Shown here piece by piece: positions 1 to 9,041 of a stretch of DNA of 64,000 nucleotides. The translations under genes and the position numbers were made by a program. Position 1 is the first letter of the stretch. Each line of letters opens with the position of its first letter. A model generated the notes under the pieces. That model was given only the letters and a program-made list of their open reading frames with translations, was not told the DNA's origin and ran no database searches. Where the stretch lies: the IMG/VR virus record IMGVR_UViG_3300006155_000002; one strand, given 5' to 3'. Source of the DNA: a virus (taxonomy: Duplodnaviria > Caudoviricetes).

Positions 1-386
1 AATTCTCCGTCCTGCCACACATAGAACGAATACTTATCGTTGTACGCATCGTTCAATTGGAACATAAGATGCTCCAACCCACCAGATGCAAAGTGGTTAA
101 ACTTAGCTTCCTTCAGCTTCGCAAGCGCCTCTTCAAACTTTTCAAAACTCTCATCAAAGAAAGCGCCAACATCAATGTTGAACGTGAGCTTATCGCCATC
201 TTGCTTGCAGACCTGACCAAAATCTGTTCTCATGAGCCAGTCGATGTCATCCTCTCGCTCATCTGGACCGACGTTCACTACATAGTCCGCGACAGAATCA
301 GTGAACCATTCCGGCATTAGTTCTTCTTCAATCCATTCCTCTCTTGGTACTGGATCGCACTCAATTTGAAATATCCTGCTATGCAT
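1..386 (-). CDS. Hypothetical phage protein, truncated at the window edge
   Basis: Manual translation from ATG 386 (MHSRIFQIECDPVPREEWIEEELMPEW...), with a GAGGTG RBS; absent from the ORF track because it has no stop in the window. Confidence 0.7.
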   Translation of the reverse strand, partial: MHSRIFQIECDPVPREEWIEEELMPEWFTDSVADYVVNVGPDEREDDIDWLMRTDFGQVCKQDGDKLTFNIDVGAFFDESFEKFEEALAKLKEAKFNHFASGGLEHLMFQLNDAYNDKYSFYVWQDGE

Positions 387-390
387 CTTT

Positions 391-1311
391 TCACCTCTGT
401 CTCTTCAAGAACTGGAACATATCTTCAATGCTTGCTGTGACGTCATACCGTTCAGTACAGCATGAGTTCTTGGCAAACTTTCCTTCGACTGCGTCAATAT
501 ACATAGAAGCAGATGTGAATGCTCCATCCCTTCCATCATCCCCCATGTAAAATTCCGCCCACTGTTCCTCCGTCATAAGACGCTCGACGCTGAGCTGTCC
601 AATGGCGAGATTGTCGAAGCTGATGGCCTTGAAGCTGCCAGCTCGCACTGCTTTCTCGACAGCGTAGAACATATCAGTTCTTTTACTGGTGATGTGTTCC
701 CTGTGCTGTGACAGATTGGTCTCCCCACGACGAAAATCCTTGTATCCAAGAATCAAAATCTTCAGGCCATTATCCGCCAGCGACCAGAATCCTTTCATGG
801 AAATCATGCCGTTAATAATGTGAATGACGGCGTTTGGAAATTGCTTGACCGCTTGGATGAACTCTGGAGTGTCCTCTGCCCAATCCAAGTAGGAGACGCC
901 AAGCCCATAAATCAACCCCTGCTCCGTCAAATTCTGGAGCAGGGGCAGATTCTTCATGAAATGAACTTTATTGACCGTGATGTTTGGAATCAGTTTCCGA
1001 TCCTTGAGCTGTTGAAGAAATGGAAGCAGATCTGGATGGGCAAGAGGATTTCCACCGCCGATTGCCAGTTCCGTGTACGGATGAATGGAATCCAGGAAGG
1101 GCAGGTGGAGAATATCTCCATGCTTTCCATCTGGCCTTGAATCCTCATGGCACATAACACAGCCCATGTCACATTGGTTGGTAATCTTGATGTCGAACGA
1201 TTCTGGAAACGCTGCCTCAAAGAAATCGAGGTCGTTCTCACGAATCTTCGTGCCGTCGCTGTAGAGTCGGACATGATAGTTTCCATTGGTATATGCGCCA
1301 AGAAGACTCAT
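391..1311 (-). CDS. Radical SAM protein
   Basis: CxxxCxxC (CDMGCVMC) and GGGNP motif; start at ATG 1311 behind a GAGGAG RBS. Confidence 0.9.
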   Translation of the reverse strand: MSLLGAYTNGNYHVRLYSDGTKIRENDLDFFEAAFPESFDIKITNQCDMGCVMCHEDSRPDGKHGDILHLPFLDSIHPYTELAIGGGNPLAHPDLLPFLQQLKDRKLIPNITVNKVHFMKNLPLLQNLTEQGLIYGLGVSYLDWAEDTPEFIQAVKQFPNAVIHIINGMISMKGFWSLADNGLKILILGYKDFRRGETNLSQHREHITSKRTDMFYAVEKAVRAGSFKAISFDNLAIGQLSVERLMTEEQWAEFYMGDDGRDGAFTSASMYIDAVEGKFAKNSCCTERYDVTASIEDMFQFLKRQR

Positions 1312-1331
1312 CTGCAAAACTCCTCGTATAA

Positions 1332-1670
1332 TAAGATTTGCAGAAGAATTTTAAGTGTATCTGCATAGTGCACTCCGTTTGGCCAACAGGTTTTAAGATA
1401 CCCATGATACAATAGCTGTAGGACAGCAGGGTCAAGCTCTCAAACTCCTGGTTGAGCCGCAAGGCTGCTTCATAGAAAGTCCGTCCCCCTGAGCCGAAAG
1501 TTAGCTGCAAACTCATTAGCTGTTTGCCGGGAATGGAGCCGCCCTTTTAGCAGTGAGGGCTATCGCATTGGCGCGCCCCGGAATGATTCTAATACGCGAG
1601 GTTGCGGATGCTCCGGTTATCATGGGTATCTCAAAGCCTGCTGGTCTGAAATTCCCACACAGGGAGGTGA
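1332..1670 (+). ncRNA. Putative IS110 bridge RNA (left non-coding end)
   Basis: Non-coding left end contains AAACTCCT (1442-1449), identical to the left target flank plus core; the circle junction would form a sigma70 promoter just upstream; ends approximate. Confidence 0.65.
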
Positions 1671-1675
1671 AAACT

Positions 1676-2899
1676 GTGAACCCACTATTTGTAGGCATTG
1701 ACGTGAGCAGCAAAAACAATGTTACCTACCTGATGAAGCCGGACGGCAGCAAGCACAGCAGTTTTTCCGTGCAAAACAACCTGGGCGGTGCTAAACTGAT
1801 GTCAGAGAAGATTGTGTCGGCGCTGGAGGCCATGCGGCTCAGCGATGTGGTGATTGGCCTGGAGGCTACGTCCATCTATGGGGACGGCCTGGTCTGTGCC
1901 CTCCGAGAAGACGGGCGGCTGGGGCGATATCAGCGGAAGATCCATGTGCTCAATCCCAAGCAGGTCAGGAAATTCAAAGACTCTTATCCAGACCTGCCCA
2001 AGAATGACTGGGTGGACGCCTTTGTCATCGCCGACCATCTCCGCTTCGGCAGGATCGGCAAGGAGGTCTACATGGACGATTACCGCTACAAATCCCTGCA
2101 AACCCTCACTAGGGCCAGATTTGACGTTGTGCAGAACCTGACACGAGAGAAGCAGCACTTCGCCAATTACCTGTTCCTCAAATGTTCCGGCATGGCCCAG
2201 GACAAGGACATTGCCAATTCCAGCGCCACTACCATTGCGCTGATGGAGCGGTTTGAAACGGCGGACGAACTGGCCTACGCCGATTTGGATGAGTTGACCA
2301 GGTTCATTAGTGAAACCGGGCGCAACTTTGCAGACCCGGCAGCGAAAGCAAAGGCTATCCAAGCCGCTGCCAAAAACTCCTATCGTCTGCCCACTATGGT
2401 GAATTGTTCTGTGAACCAGGCGATGGCTGTTTCTATCGCAACGATGCGAGCCCTGGAAAAGCAGATCAAAATCCTGGACAAATCCATTGAGCAGCAGTTT
2501 CAAATCATCCCCAACACCCTGACCTCTGTCCCCGGCATCGGAAAGGTCTACTCCGCCGGTATCATTGCCGAGATCGGTGACATCCGCCGATTTAACTCCC
2601 AGGCGTCCGTTGCCAAATACGCCGGCCTTGTTTGGACACAGCACCAGTCCGGCGACTTCGAGGCCCAGCACACCAAACTCATCAAATCCGGCAACCGCTA
2701 TCTCCGTTACTACCTGCTGGAAGCCGCCAACTCTGTGAGAAGATGCGACTCTGAGTTCCGGCGCTACTATGACCTCAAATTCAAGGAGGTCAATCAGTTC
2801 CAGCATAAACGCGCACTCGCTTTAACTGCCAGAAAACTGGTTCGGTTGGTCTATCGGCTGCTGATGGACAACCGCCTATATATCCCGCCGGAGGGCTGA
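1676..2899 (+). CDS. IS110-family transposase/recombinase
   Basis: N-terminal GIDVS, LEAT and KNDWVDA (DEDD RuvC-like) motifs; C-terminal SVPGIG and QSG motifs; GTG start after GGAGGTG. Confidence 0.95.
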   Translation: MNPLFVGIDVSSKNNVTYLMKPDGSKHSSFSVQNNLGGAKLMSEKIVSALEAMRLSDVVIGLEATSIYGDGLVCALREDGRLGRYQRKIHVLNPKQVRKFKDSYPDLPKNDWVDAFVIADHLRFGRIGKEVYMDDYRYKSLQTLTRARFDVVQNLTREKQHFANYLFLKCSGMAQDKDIANSSATTIALMERFETADELAYADLDELTRFISETGRNFADPAAKAKAIQAAAKNSYRLPTMVNCSVNQAMAVSIATMRALEKQIKILDKSIEQQFQIIPNTLTSVPGIGKVYSAGIIAEIGDIRRFNSQASVAKYAGLVWTQHQSGDFEAQHTKLIKSGNRYLRYYLLEAANSVRRCDSEFRRYYDLKFKEVNQFQHKRALALTARKLVRLVYRLLMDNRLYIPPEG

Positions 2900-3064
2900 G
2901 CAAGCTGCTCGCTGCTCTGACGAACAGGCCCTGTTTCAAAAATTTGCAGGGACAGGGCCTGGGTTGGTGTTGCCTTTTTTCTGCCTCCTTAACTCTTTTG
3001 GATCAATTTCCTCTGAATTTTTTGTGCATCACCTACTTGACTTCATACCATTAGACTTTACTCT

Positions 3065-3349
3065 TTATCCATCGTACCCGTATTCCCCGAATGCCACCAT
3101 CTCATCGCCGCTTGGTGTCGTGAATGGGTGGCAGTAATATTCCATATCACTCCCGAAATCGGTTTCACGCTGATACCGATAAGGTTCGGTCTTGAGAAGA
3201 AGCTCAGAATACGGAACAAGCTTTTCATCGTAGCAGTCATACATCATCTCGTTTTCCTCAAACAGTTTGTACTGCTCCTTAGTGCAGATAACAATACTAT
3301 GTGTAGAGCTGCTGTTGGTTTCAAAGACACTGTGTCTTACTTGTCTCAT
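3065..3349 (-). CDS. Small phage protein with N-terminal RHSVFETNSSSTHS motif
   Basis: ORF with AGGAGG RBS; N-terminus paralogous to 7465-7968. Confidence 0.8.
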   Translation of the reverse strand: MRQVRHSVFETNSSSTHSIVICTKEQYKLFEENEMMYDCYDEKLVPYSELLLKTEPYRYQRETDFGSDMEYYCHPFTTPSGDEMVAFGEYGYDG

Positions 3350-3377
3350 GGTTCCTCCTTACAATAAAACTCACGTT

Positions 3378-4115
3378 TTACGGTACAAAATGCGGCATAG
3401 GAAGGAGCTTGTGCCGATTGCGGGCGTGCAGCTCCTGGATTTTGTAGTCGATATCCTTGTCGCCACACGTCCCTTCCTCGATGAAAGTGTCAAGCTGCGC
3501 ATATGTAAAGCCAAGGTTGTCCTCATCGGTCTTGTCACACAGACCATCAGCTGGGGTCTTATCGACAAGTCCCTTTGGAATCGGAAGCTCATACCCAATC
3601 TGCCGCACCTCGTGAACCATGAGATTGGCAAGTGGGCTAAAGTCCCCAGCACTGTCACCGAACTTGGTGGAGTAACCAACGTAATCCTCGGACATATTGC
3701 AGGTGTTGGCAACCCGTCCGCCATTCGGCAGGGACTGGGCGACAGCATAGAGCGTCGCCATGCGAATTCTGGCAGGCAGATTGATATTTGCCTGCTCTGA
3801 TAATGGCCGGAAACCTTCATGAATAACCTGCTGAAGACAGAACAATGGATATCCGATCTCGATAAGAGATGGATTGATTCCTAAACAATCCGTCACTGTA
3901 TAACTGTCATCAATATCCTCCTGCACATTATTTGGCATAAGAACACCGACAACCCGATCTTTGCCGAGCGCTTCGACACACAGGGCGGCGACCACCGTAC
4001 TGTCCTTGCCACCAGAAATGCCTACAACAGCACTGCACTTTGGGCCGTTTTGAGCAAAATAGTCACGAATCCACTGAACAATTTCATTCTTCGTTTTCTT
4101 TGGGTCAGAAAGCAT
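3378..4115 (-). CDS. nadE: NH3-dependent NAD+ synthetase
   Basis: GISGGKDS PP-loop, ARIRMATLY, GYSTKFGD, PADGL and TDEDNLG motifs. Confidence 0.95.
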   Translation of the reverse strand: MLSDPKKTKNEIVQWIRDYFAQNGPKCSAVVGISGGKDSTVVAALCVEALGKDRVVGVLMPNNVQEDIDDSYTVTDCLGINPSLIEIGYPLFCLQQVIHEGFRPLSEQANINLPARIRMATLYAVAQSLPNGGRVANTCNMSEDYVGYSTKFGDSAGDFSPLANLMVHEVRQIGYELPIPKGLVDKTPADGLCDKTDEDNLGFTYAQLDTFIEEGTCGDKDIDYKIQELHARNRHKLLPMPHFVP

Positions 4116-4599
4116 TACTATACCTCTTTTTCCATAGTTCTACTGTGTACTGCTGACCAAGAACTTGATCAATTAGACCATACACAATATTCCAGTCTCC
4201 ACCGGCGAGACCGCAGCCAATCTTATATGGCATGGCAATCGCAGAACCGGCAGGAACAATGTGTTTGAGCTTTTCAAGGCAGTATTCAAAAGCCTTATAG
4301 TCCGTGTAGCATTGACCATCATATCCGTACCTGTCTTGAGCGAACATATTGACGATGGTTCTCAAACCAGTTTCGGTTCGCTCATCCTTGCAGTAGACGT
4401 GCTGGATGCGGCCAAGCAACTCACTTGGGTTGCTCTTCTCTCGATTGTAAGCAAGCCGATAGCGCTCATACGCCAGCGGGTACAGCTCACGAATCTGTTT
4501 GGCAACACCGCTCCCCATCTTGCCACGGCAATTTACTTGGTGGCAAATGGTAGGGGCGGTTGTTTGGAACAGGTCTCCATCAATGACTTTGATTGCCAT
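4105..4599 (-). CDS. Macrodomain (ADP-ribose binding/hydrolase) protein
   Basis: GDLF, HQVNCRGKMGSGVA and MPYKIGCGLAGGDW motifs. Confidence 0.92.
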   Translation of the reverse strand: MAIKVIDGDLFQTTAPTICHQVNCRGKMGSGVAKQIRELYPLAYERYRLAYNREKSNPSELLGRIQHVYCKDERTETGLRTIVNMFAQDRYGYDGQCYTDYKAFEYCLEKLKHIVPAGSAIAMPYKIGCGLAGGDWNIVYGLIDQVLGQQYTVELWKKRYSNAF

Positions 4600-6086
4600 C
4601 AGAACCGGCCTCCATGGAGATTCTGGCGCACTTCATCCAGCGTAAACTTCTTGATGATATCACCATTCTTGAACACGGTCTGAAGCTCATTGTTCTCCTG
4701 AGCCTCGGCCCAAGTCAGGCCATCCTCGTAGGTGTAGTTGTCGCCGTCCTTGACCACACGGCAACAGCCCATCTGGGATTTCTTAAAGTGGCCGGTGTCG
4801 GTTTTGGGGTTCTTGAAAATCATGATGGGTTTGCCGTCAGCGTCCTCTGCATAGGTGGCCTTCACGGCGATACCGAAGGTATCACGGGTATATGGAGCAT
4901 AGGACTTCTGTTCAGCGTCCATTGTCTCAAGACATTGCATGGAGAAGGAGCCAACACCCAGCGCCACGTTGTTGATAGCAAACCCATTGTTCTCCAGAAT
5001 CTGATAGACCTGCTGGCAACGCTGCGGCGTGATGCTGTCGCCATACAGCGCCTTGACATGAGAGTCCAAAACCTTGAACCCCTTACTGTTCACAGTGCCG
5101 CCAAAGATATCCCACAGGCGGAACACGGTCTCGGTCACAACCTGAACTGGGTCACCGCTGTCGCCACGGATGGAGATGCACCCGTCATGTGCCAGAATCT
5201 CATCCTTGAGTTGCGGCAGGATGTTGTCCACCAGATTCCAGTAGTCATAGCTGTCGCTGACCATAGAGAAACTCTGGTGTGGATAGATTTCAGTCAGCAG
5301 ACGGCGGATATGGGTAATCTCATCGCCATCAATGGCAAAGTTGGAGCACATAACGCTATGTTCGGTGGACAGAGCGCCGTATGCAACTGGCTCATGCACA
5401 CAATCGCAGTCGTAGTTATCCTCCAGCCAAAGAATGGCAGGGACGGTGGCCGTATTCAGGAAACTGAGGCAGAAAGCGGCGGAGCTCTTGGTGGCGCTTT
5501 CCACACTCTCCTGACCGCGCATAGAAAAATCGCCAAGGAGCCGTGCCCGAACCACACTGTCATCACAGGTGCGCTCGGCGTACTCATTGACGATTTGACG
5601 GTAGCGATAACCCACCTCGGCGGAAACCTGGGTGTGCCACATAGTGCAGGAAAGCATGGTCTCAATGGAGTTGACCAGCCACACGAAGTCCGGGTGAGTG
5701 TTGGAAATTTCAATTTGAGGCACCTTGATATTGGTGCGGGTTCCCTCCGGCACCGCCCGAATCTCCAGAGGCAGATAGCCGAGGTTGTGCAGAGCTTTCA
5801 GCCGCTGGATGCCAACGCCGTCTGTGTTAATAGTAGAGTTGAGAACACGCTTGTACTCATGCATCACATTTTCCCAATCCTCTACAAAGAAATTGATATT
5901 GAATACGTCGATAAGGTATTCTTTGATGAATGACTGAAGGCCAAACATCGTTACCTTATCAGTGTCGTCCAGCCGCGTCATGCGCGGCGTGTAGTAGGAC
6001 ACCATCTTGGTCAAAGTCTGCGGATACTGCTCTGCGTGGGCCGTCTTGTAGAAATCCAGGCAGAGTAGGGGATTGTAGTAAATCAT
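4599..6086 (-). CDS. NAMPT/NadV-like nicotinamide or nicotinate phosphoribosyltransferase (Namat-like)
   Basis: DFYK, DFSMRG, TEHSVM, SDSYD, RGDSGDP, YGDSIT and GVGS motifs. Confidence 0.92.
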   Translation of the reverse strand: MIYYNPLLCLDFYKTAHAEQYPQTLTKMVSYYTPRMTRLDDTDKVTMFGLQSFIKEYLIDVFNINFFVEDWENVMHEYKRVLNSTINTDGVGIQRLKALHNLGYLPLEIRAVPEGTRTNIKVPQIEISNTHPDFVWLVNSIETMLSCTMWHTQVSAEVGYRYRQIVNEYAERTCDDSVVRARLLGDFSMRGQESVESATKSSAAFCLSFLNTATVPAILWLEDNYDCDCVHEPVAYGALSTEHSVMCSNFAIDGDEITHIRRLLTEIYPHQSFSMVSDSYDYWNLVDNILPQLKDEILAHDGCISIRGDSGDPVQVVTETVFRLWDIFGGTVNSKGFKVLDSHVKALYGDSITPQRCQQVYQILENNGFAINNVALGVGSFSMQCLETMDAEQKSYAPYTRDTFGIAVKATYAEDADGKPIMIFKNPKTDTGHFKKSQMGCCRVVKDGDNYTYEDGLTWAEAQENNELQTVFKNGDIIKKFTLDEVRQNLHGGRF

Positions 6087-6097
6087 ATTACTCCCTC

Positions 6098-6901
6098 CTA
6101 AATAACAGTTATCTTGTCGTGCTCACCACGATAGATGCTGTCTGTCGTGAAAACGTGCTGAATCATACCATCTGTCAACACAGAACCTTTGAAGATGGTG
6201 TTCTCACAGTGTGTGACATATAGGTAAATCGTTTTGGCGCCAGCATTTTTCAAAGCAGCGGCCGTATGTGTAAATGTCCCGCCACGGGAACAGATATCGT
6301 CCACAATCAGAATTGTGCGGCCATCCACCTTCTCAGGTGTAGTCAGTTCCAGACGTTCAATCTGGCCAGTTCTCCAGTCCCGATGTTTAATACCAAAGAT
6401 ATACTCGACTTCCATCAGTTCCGAGTACCTCTTGGCAGCACCCTCGTCTGGGTAGCAGAGCAAGAGGTCGTCTGCACCGATGGTGTCGATTGCTTCTTGG
6501 ATGAACTCTTTCGGCTGAACAACGAGCACATTGTTGATAAGTGCTGTTGATACATTGGAGTGCGGGTCAAGCACGACCACACGCTCGAAGCAAAGCTCGT
6601 TGATGAAGTTAGCAAACCACTTCAACGTGAATACTTCGTCCTTATTCTTTACTCTGTCCATCCTGGCATTTGGGATGTATGGCATATAGAGATAAATAGC
6701 GGCATCACTGCCAGCAACAGAACGGATGTGGTTCACCAGATACCACAACAAAATGCACTCAACATCTCCGTCATACTGCCAATCGATTTCATACCGCTCC
6801 CAGTCCAAACGGTTAATGCTCTCGTCTATGTTAAAGCGAAAGGATGATGTATTGTCGGGAAATCGGGTGAACTCCACGGTTTTCCCATTCACCAAAATCA
6901 T
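6098..6901 (-). CDS. prs: Ribose-phosphate pyrophosphokinase-like protein (Adps-like)
   Basis: MPYIPNARMDR, LDPHS, PDEGA, VDDICSRGGT and YVTH motifs. Confidence 0.9.
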   Translation of the reverse strand: MILVNGKTVEFTRFPDNTSSFRFNIDESINRLDWERYEIDWQYDGDVECILLWYLVNHIRSVAGSDAAIYLYMPYIPNARMDRVKNKDEVFTLKWFANFINELCFERVVVLDPHSNVSTALINNVLVVQPKEFIQEAIDTIGADDLLLCYPDEGAAKRYSELMEVEYIFGIKHRDWRTGQIERLELTTPEKVDGRTILIVDDICSRGGTFTHTAAALKNAGAKTIYLYVTHCENTIFKGSVLTDGMIQHVFTTDSIYRGEHDKITVI

Positions 6902-6904
6902 CTC

Positions 6905-7459
6905 TTATCCCTCCCAGTTCTCAATATTGATCTGACACATCTTCATGGCCTTGAGAGCGTTTTTGTGGCTTTCCGGCGTCGCACCAGCGCAGCAGGATGC
7001 GTCTACCGTTATCTTGACCTCCGGCAGAAACGCCTTGATGAGAAGAGCGTTGGAGATAACGCAGATATCGGTGCAGAGGCCGACCAGAATGACCTCGTTG
7101 ATACAGCTACCCGTCTCGTTCTTGAGACGAAGATATTCGCCGAGCGCAGCGGAACCAAACGTGTTCTTTTTGAATGTCGCCGCCCACTTCTTTTGGCCGA
7201 GTTCATCTGCCAAAACATCAGGCAGGCACCATCCGTGCTCGCTTGTGATACAGTGTTCAACCGGAAGATACTGCCCCTCCTGGGTTTTCAGATAGTTTTT
7301 GCCATGAGAGTCGAGTGTTACAACAATCTCGCCGCTAAACTCCTTCACCTTCTCAATCACGTTCGGAAGAATGGCTTTTGCCTCCGTAGTTCCAAGAGAA
7401 CCGTCAATGAAATCGTTTTGCATATCTACAACCACTAAAACTTTCACAGTCCTTTTCAC
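6905..7459 (-). CDS. pncA: Nicotinamidase (isochorismatase-family cysteine hydrolase)
   Basis: VVDMQNDF, DSH, HC, K and GLCTDICV motifs; lies within an NAD cluster. Confidence 0.88.
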   Translation of the reverse strand: MKRTVKVLVVVDMQNDFIDGSLGTTEAKAILPNVIEKVKEFSGEIVVTLDSHGKNYLKTQEGQYLPVEHCITSEHGWCLPDVLADELGQKKWAATFKKNTFGSAALGEYLRLKNETGSCINEVILVGLCTDICVISNALLIKAFLPEVKITVDASCCAGATPESHKNALKAMKMCQINIENWEG

Positions 7460-7464
7460 TCCTT

Positions 7465-7968
7465 TTATTCTTTGTAGTATTCTTCATGCCGATATTTGGC
7501 GTAAATACAGGTGTCCGTCCCAACATTATCGTTCCCTGTCAGAACAAAACTTTCATCAGAAAACAAAAACCGCAACAGGCGGCTACGGCTTCTGAGAATA
7601 CCTTCCACAAATTTTAGCAGGTCTCCCTCTTCTGCATGATCCACATAAGCATTTTCGCACAACGAAATTGATTTGCCATAGTATTCAGCCTGCTCAAAGT
7701 CACAATCAACTCCTACATCGCTGAGAATTGCGAATATTTTGTTCTTCGCAAATTCTACATCATCTCTGTTATATAGACAGAGCATTGCCGCATATAGATA
7801 AGCTGCTTTGTCCTCTGGTGTTTCCAGCTTTCTTTCCTCCCATCCGAAATTTTGACAGTGGAAACAAAGCTTCTCTGGGTACATTTCTGTGTTTCTGCTT
7901 TTAGTGATACAGATGCTATGTGTGCTGCTGGAATTGGTTTCAAATACTAAATGTCGCACTTGCCGCAT
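7465..7968 (-). CDS. Phage protein with N-terminal RHLVFETNSSSTHS motif
   Basis: ORF with AAGGAG RBS; shares its first ~20 aa with 3065-3349. Confidence 0.8.
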   Translation of the reverse strand: MRQVRHLVFETNSSSTHSICITKSRNTEMYPEKLCFHCQNFGWEERKLETPEDKAAYLYAAMLCLYNRDDVEFAKNKIFAILSDVGVDCDFEQAEYYGKSISLCENAYVDHAEEGDLLKFVEGILRSRSRLLRFLFSDESFVLTGNDNVGTDTCIYAKYRHEEYYKE

Positions 7969-7994
7969 TTTGTCTTTCTCCTTCTATATCAATT

Positions 7995-8211
7995 ACTCTG
8001 TAATCTGTCATTACAGATGTCGGGCTATGTTCGGGCCGACATCTGTGATGATACCCAGGAGACGAGCGGAGCGGCGCGACTTCGTCAGGCGCCAGCCTGA
8101 CTTCGTCGCGCTCGCGCAGCGAGGAAACCAGCAAATTCATACTCTGATTTACAATACAGAGTGTCTGCTTTATGTATGGTTTGGTTATAACAGACAATTA
8201 CATTACAGAGT
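7995..8211 (-). ncRNA. Retron-like ncRNA cassette 1
   Basis: 10-bp inverted repeat ACTCTGTAAT (7995-8004) / ATTACAGAGT (8202-8211); candidate branch G 8201; conserved stem-loop 8142-8161; two long hairpins in the template region. Confidence 0.8.
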
Positions 8212-8411
8212 TTTGCAGCCTTGAAGAAGCGATGAAAGGGCGAAGCTCCAGAGGGATCATTTATGATCCGAATGGAGCTTCTACCTTTCGAGCTTCTTTG
8301 ATATTGCTGAGCGAGTTACTCGCTCAGCAGATTAAACCTACCATTACGAACCTCCGATTTACAATACGGAGTGCCCTATGTATGACGACTACGGGCTAAC
8401 ACGCTGCAAAA
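8211..8411 (-). ncRNA. Retron-like ncRNA cassette 2
   Basis: 9-bp inverted repeat TTTTGCAGC (8211-8219) / GCTGCAAAA (8403-8411); candidate branch G 8402; conserved stem-loop 8352-8371 with a compensatory CTCCG/CGGAG change. Confidence 0.8.
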
Positions 8412-8414
8412 AAG

Positions 8415-9041
8415 TTATTGTTCTTGGAAGGAGTACATGACTTCTGTCCACTTTCCCGGTCTCAAATATGTGATATAGACCTTGTCAAACGCCCAGGAGC
8501 CGACGTCGTTTATTCCTTTTTCGCCACGATAGTCTCCTCCGCCCAACCCATTTCCGACACAAGTCAAAAGCGGCAGTGGATTGATGCACCAAAGTTCTGA
8601 AGATCCATACCGCCTACCCAATGAGTTTTGTTTCACATACTGCTCCATATCAACATAGCATTGTTTTGTGCAGTTCACCAGATAACATTCGGTGTGATCC
8701 ATATCGAGATGAAACTGCGGCTCGTCCGGATCGATATATGACACATAAATGCCATCCGATTCGTCTCCCCACACGCTCCGATATCTTTTCTGAAATTCAC
8801 TGGCGCTGGTAATAAAACCATCGCCGAGATTGCATTTATTCACGACAGCGGAGTCTGAATAATCACCTAACCATGCCAAACGTGTCGGATTGTCCTTTAT
8901 TTCGTTGAGCACTGCATTTACAAAATTATTGCCGATCCATGAGTGCTCCATCAGTTTAAGCCCATTATCAAAGGCATGAGAATATGCTGCCCTCTCTGTG
9001 CCATCCTCATGAATCAACAACGGCTTATAATATTGCCCCAT
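8415..9041 (-). CDS. Hypothetical phage protein (MGQYY...GLKLMEHSW...GNGLGGGDY)
   Basis: 208-aa ORF, translationally coupled to the upstream gene. Confidence 0.8.
   Translation of the reverse strand: MGQYYKPLLIHEDGTERAAYSHAFDNGLKLMEHSWIGNNFVNAVLNEIKDNPTRLAWLGDYSDSAVVNKCNLGDGFITSASEFQKRYRSVWGDESDGIYVSYIDPDEPQFHLDMDHTECYLVNCTKQCYVDMEQYVKQNSLGRRYGSSELWCINPLPLLTCVGNGLGGGDYRGEKGINDVGSWAFDKVYITYLRPGKWTEVMYSFQEQ

Larger units (their letters stand above)
1325..3057 (+). mobile_element. IS110-family insertion sequence, copy 1
   Basis: Identical to 24939-26671 (offset 23614); no terminal inverted repeats; CT dinucleotide at both junctions (1323-1324 and 3056-3057). Confidence 0.93.

Noticed and set aside
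4593-5933. Long antisense ORFs (also 1802-2806, 23174-24928, 49685-50776, 54338-55006)
   Set aside because: They are shadows of well-supported genes on the opposite strand and have no motifs or RBS.
7940-8399. ORFs 7940-8197 and 8172-8399 (likewise 12010-12294, 13206-13493, 14736-14918)
   Set aside because: They lack an RBS, and their shared TLIYNTE-type peptides merely translate the conserved RNA stem-loop.
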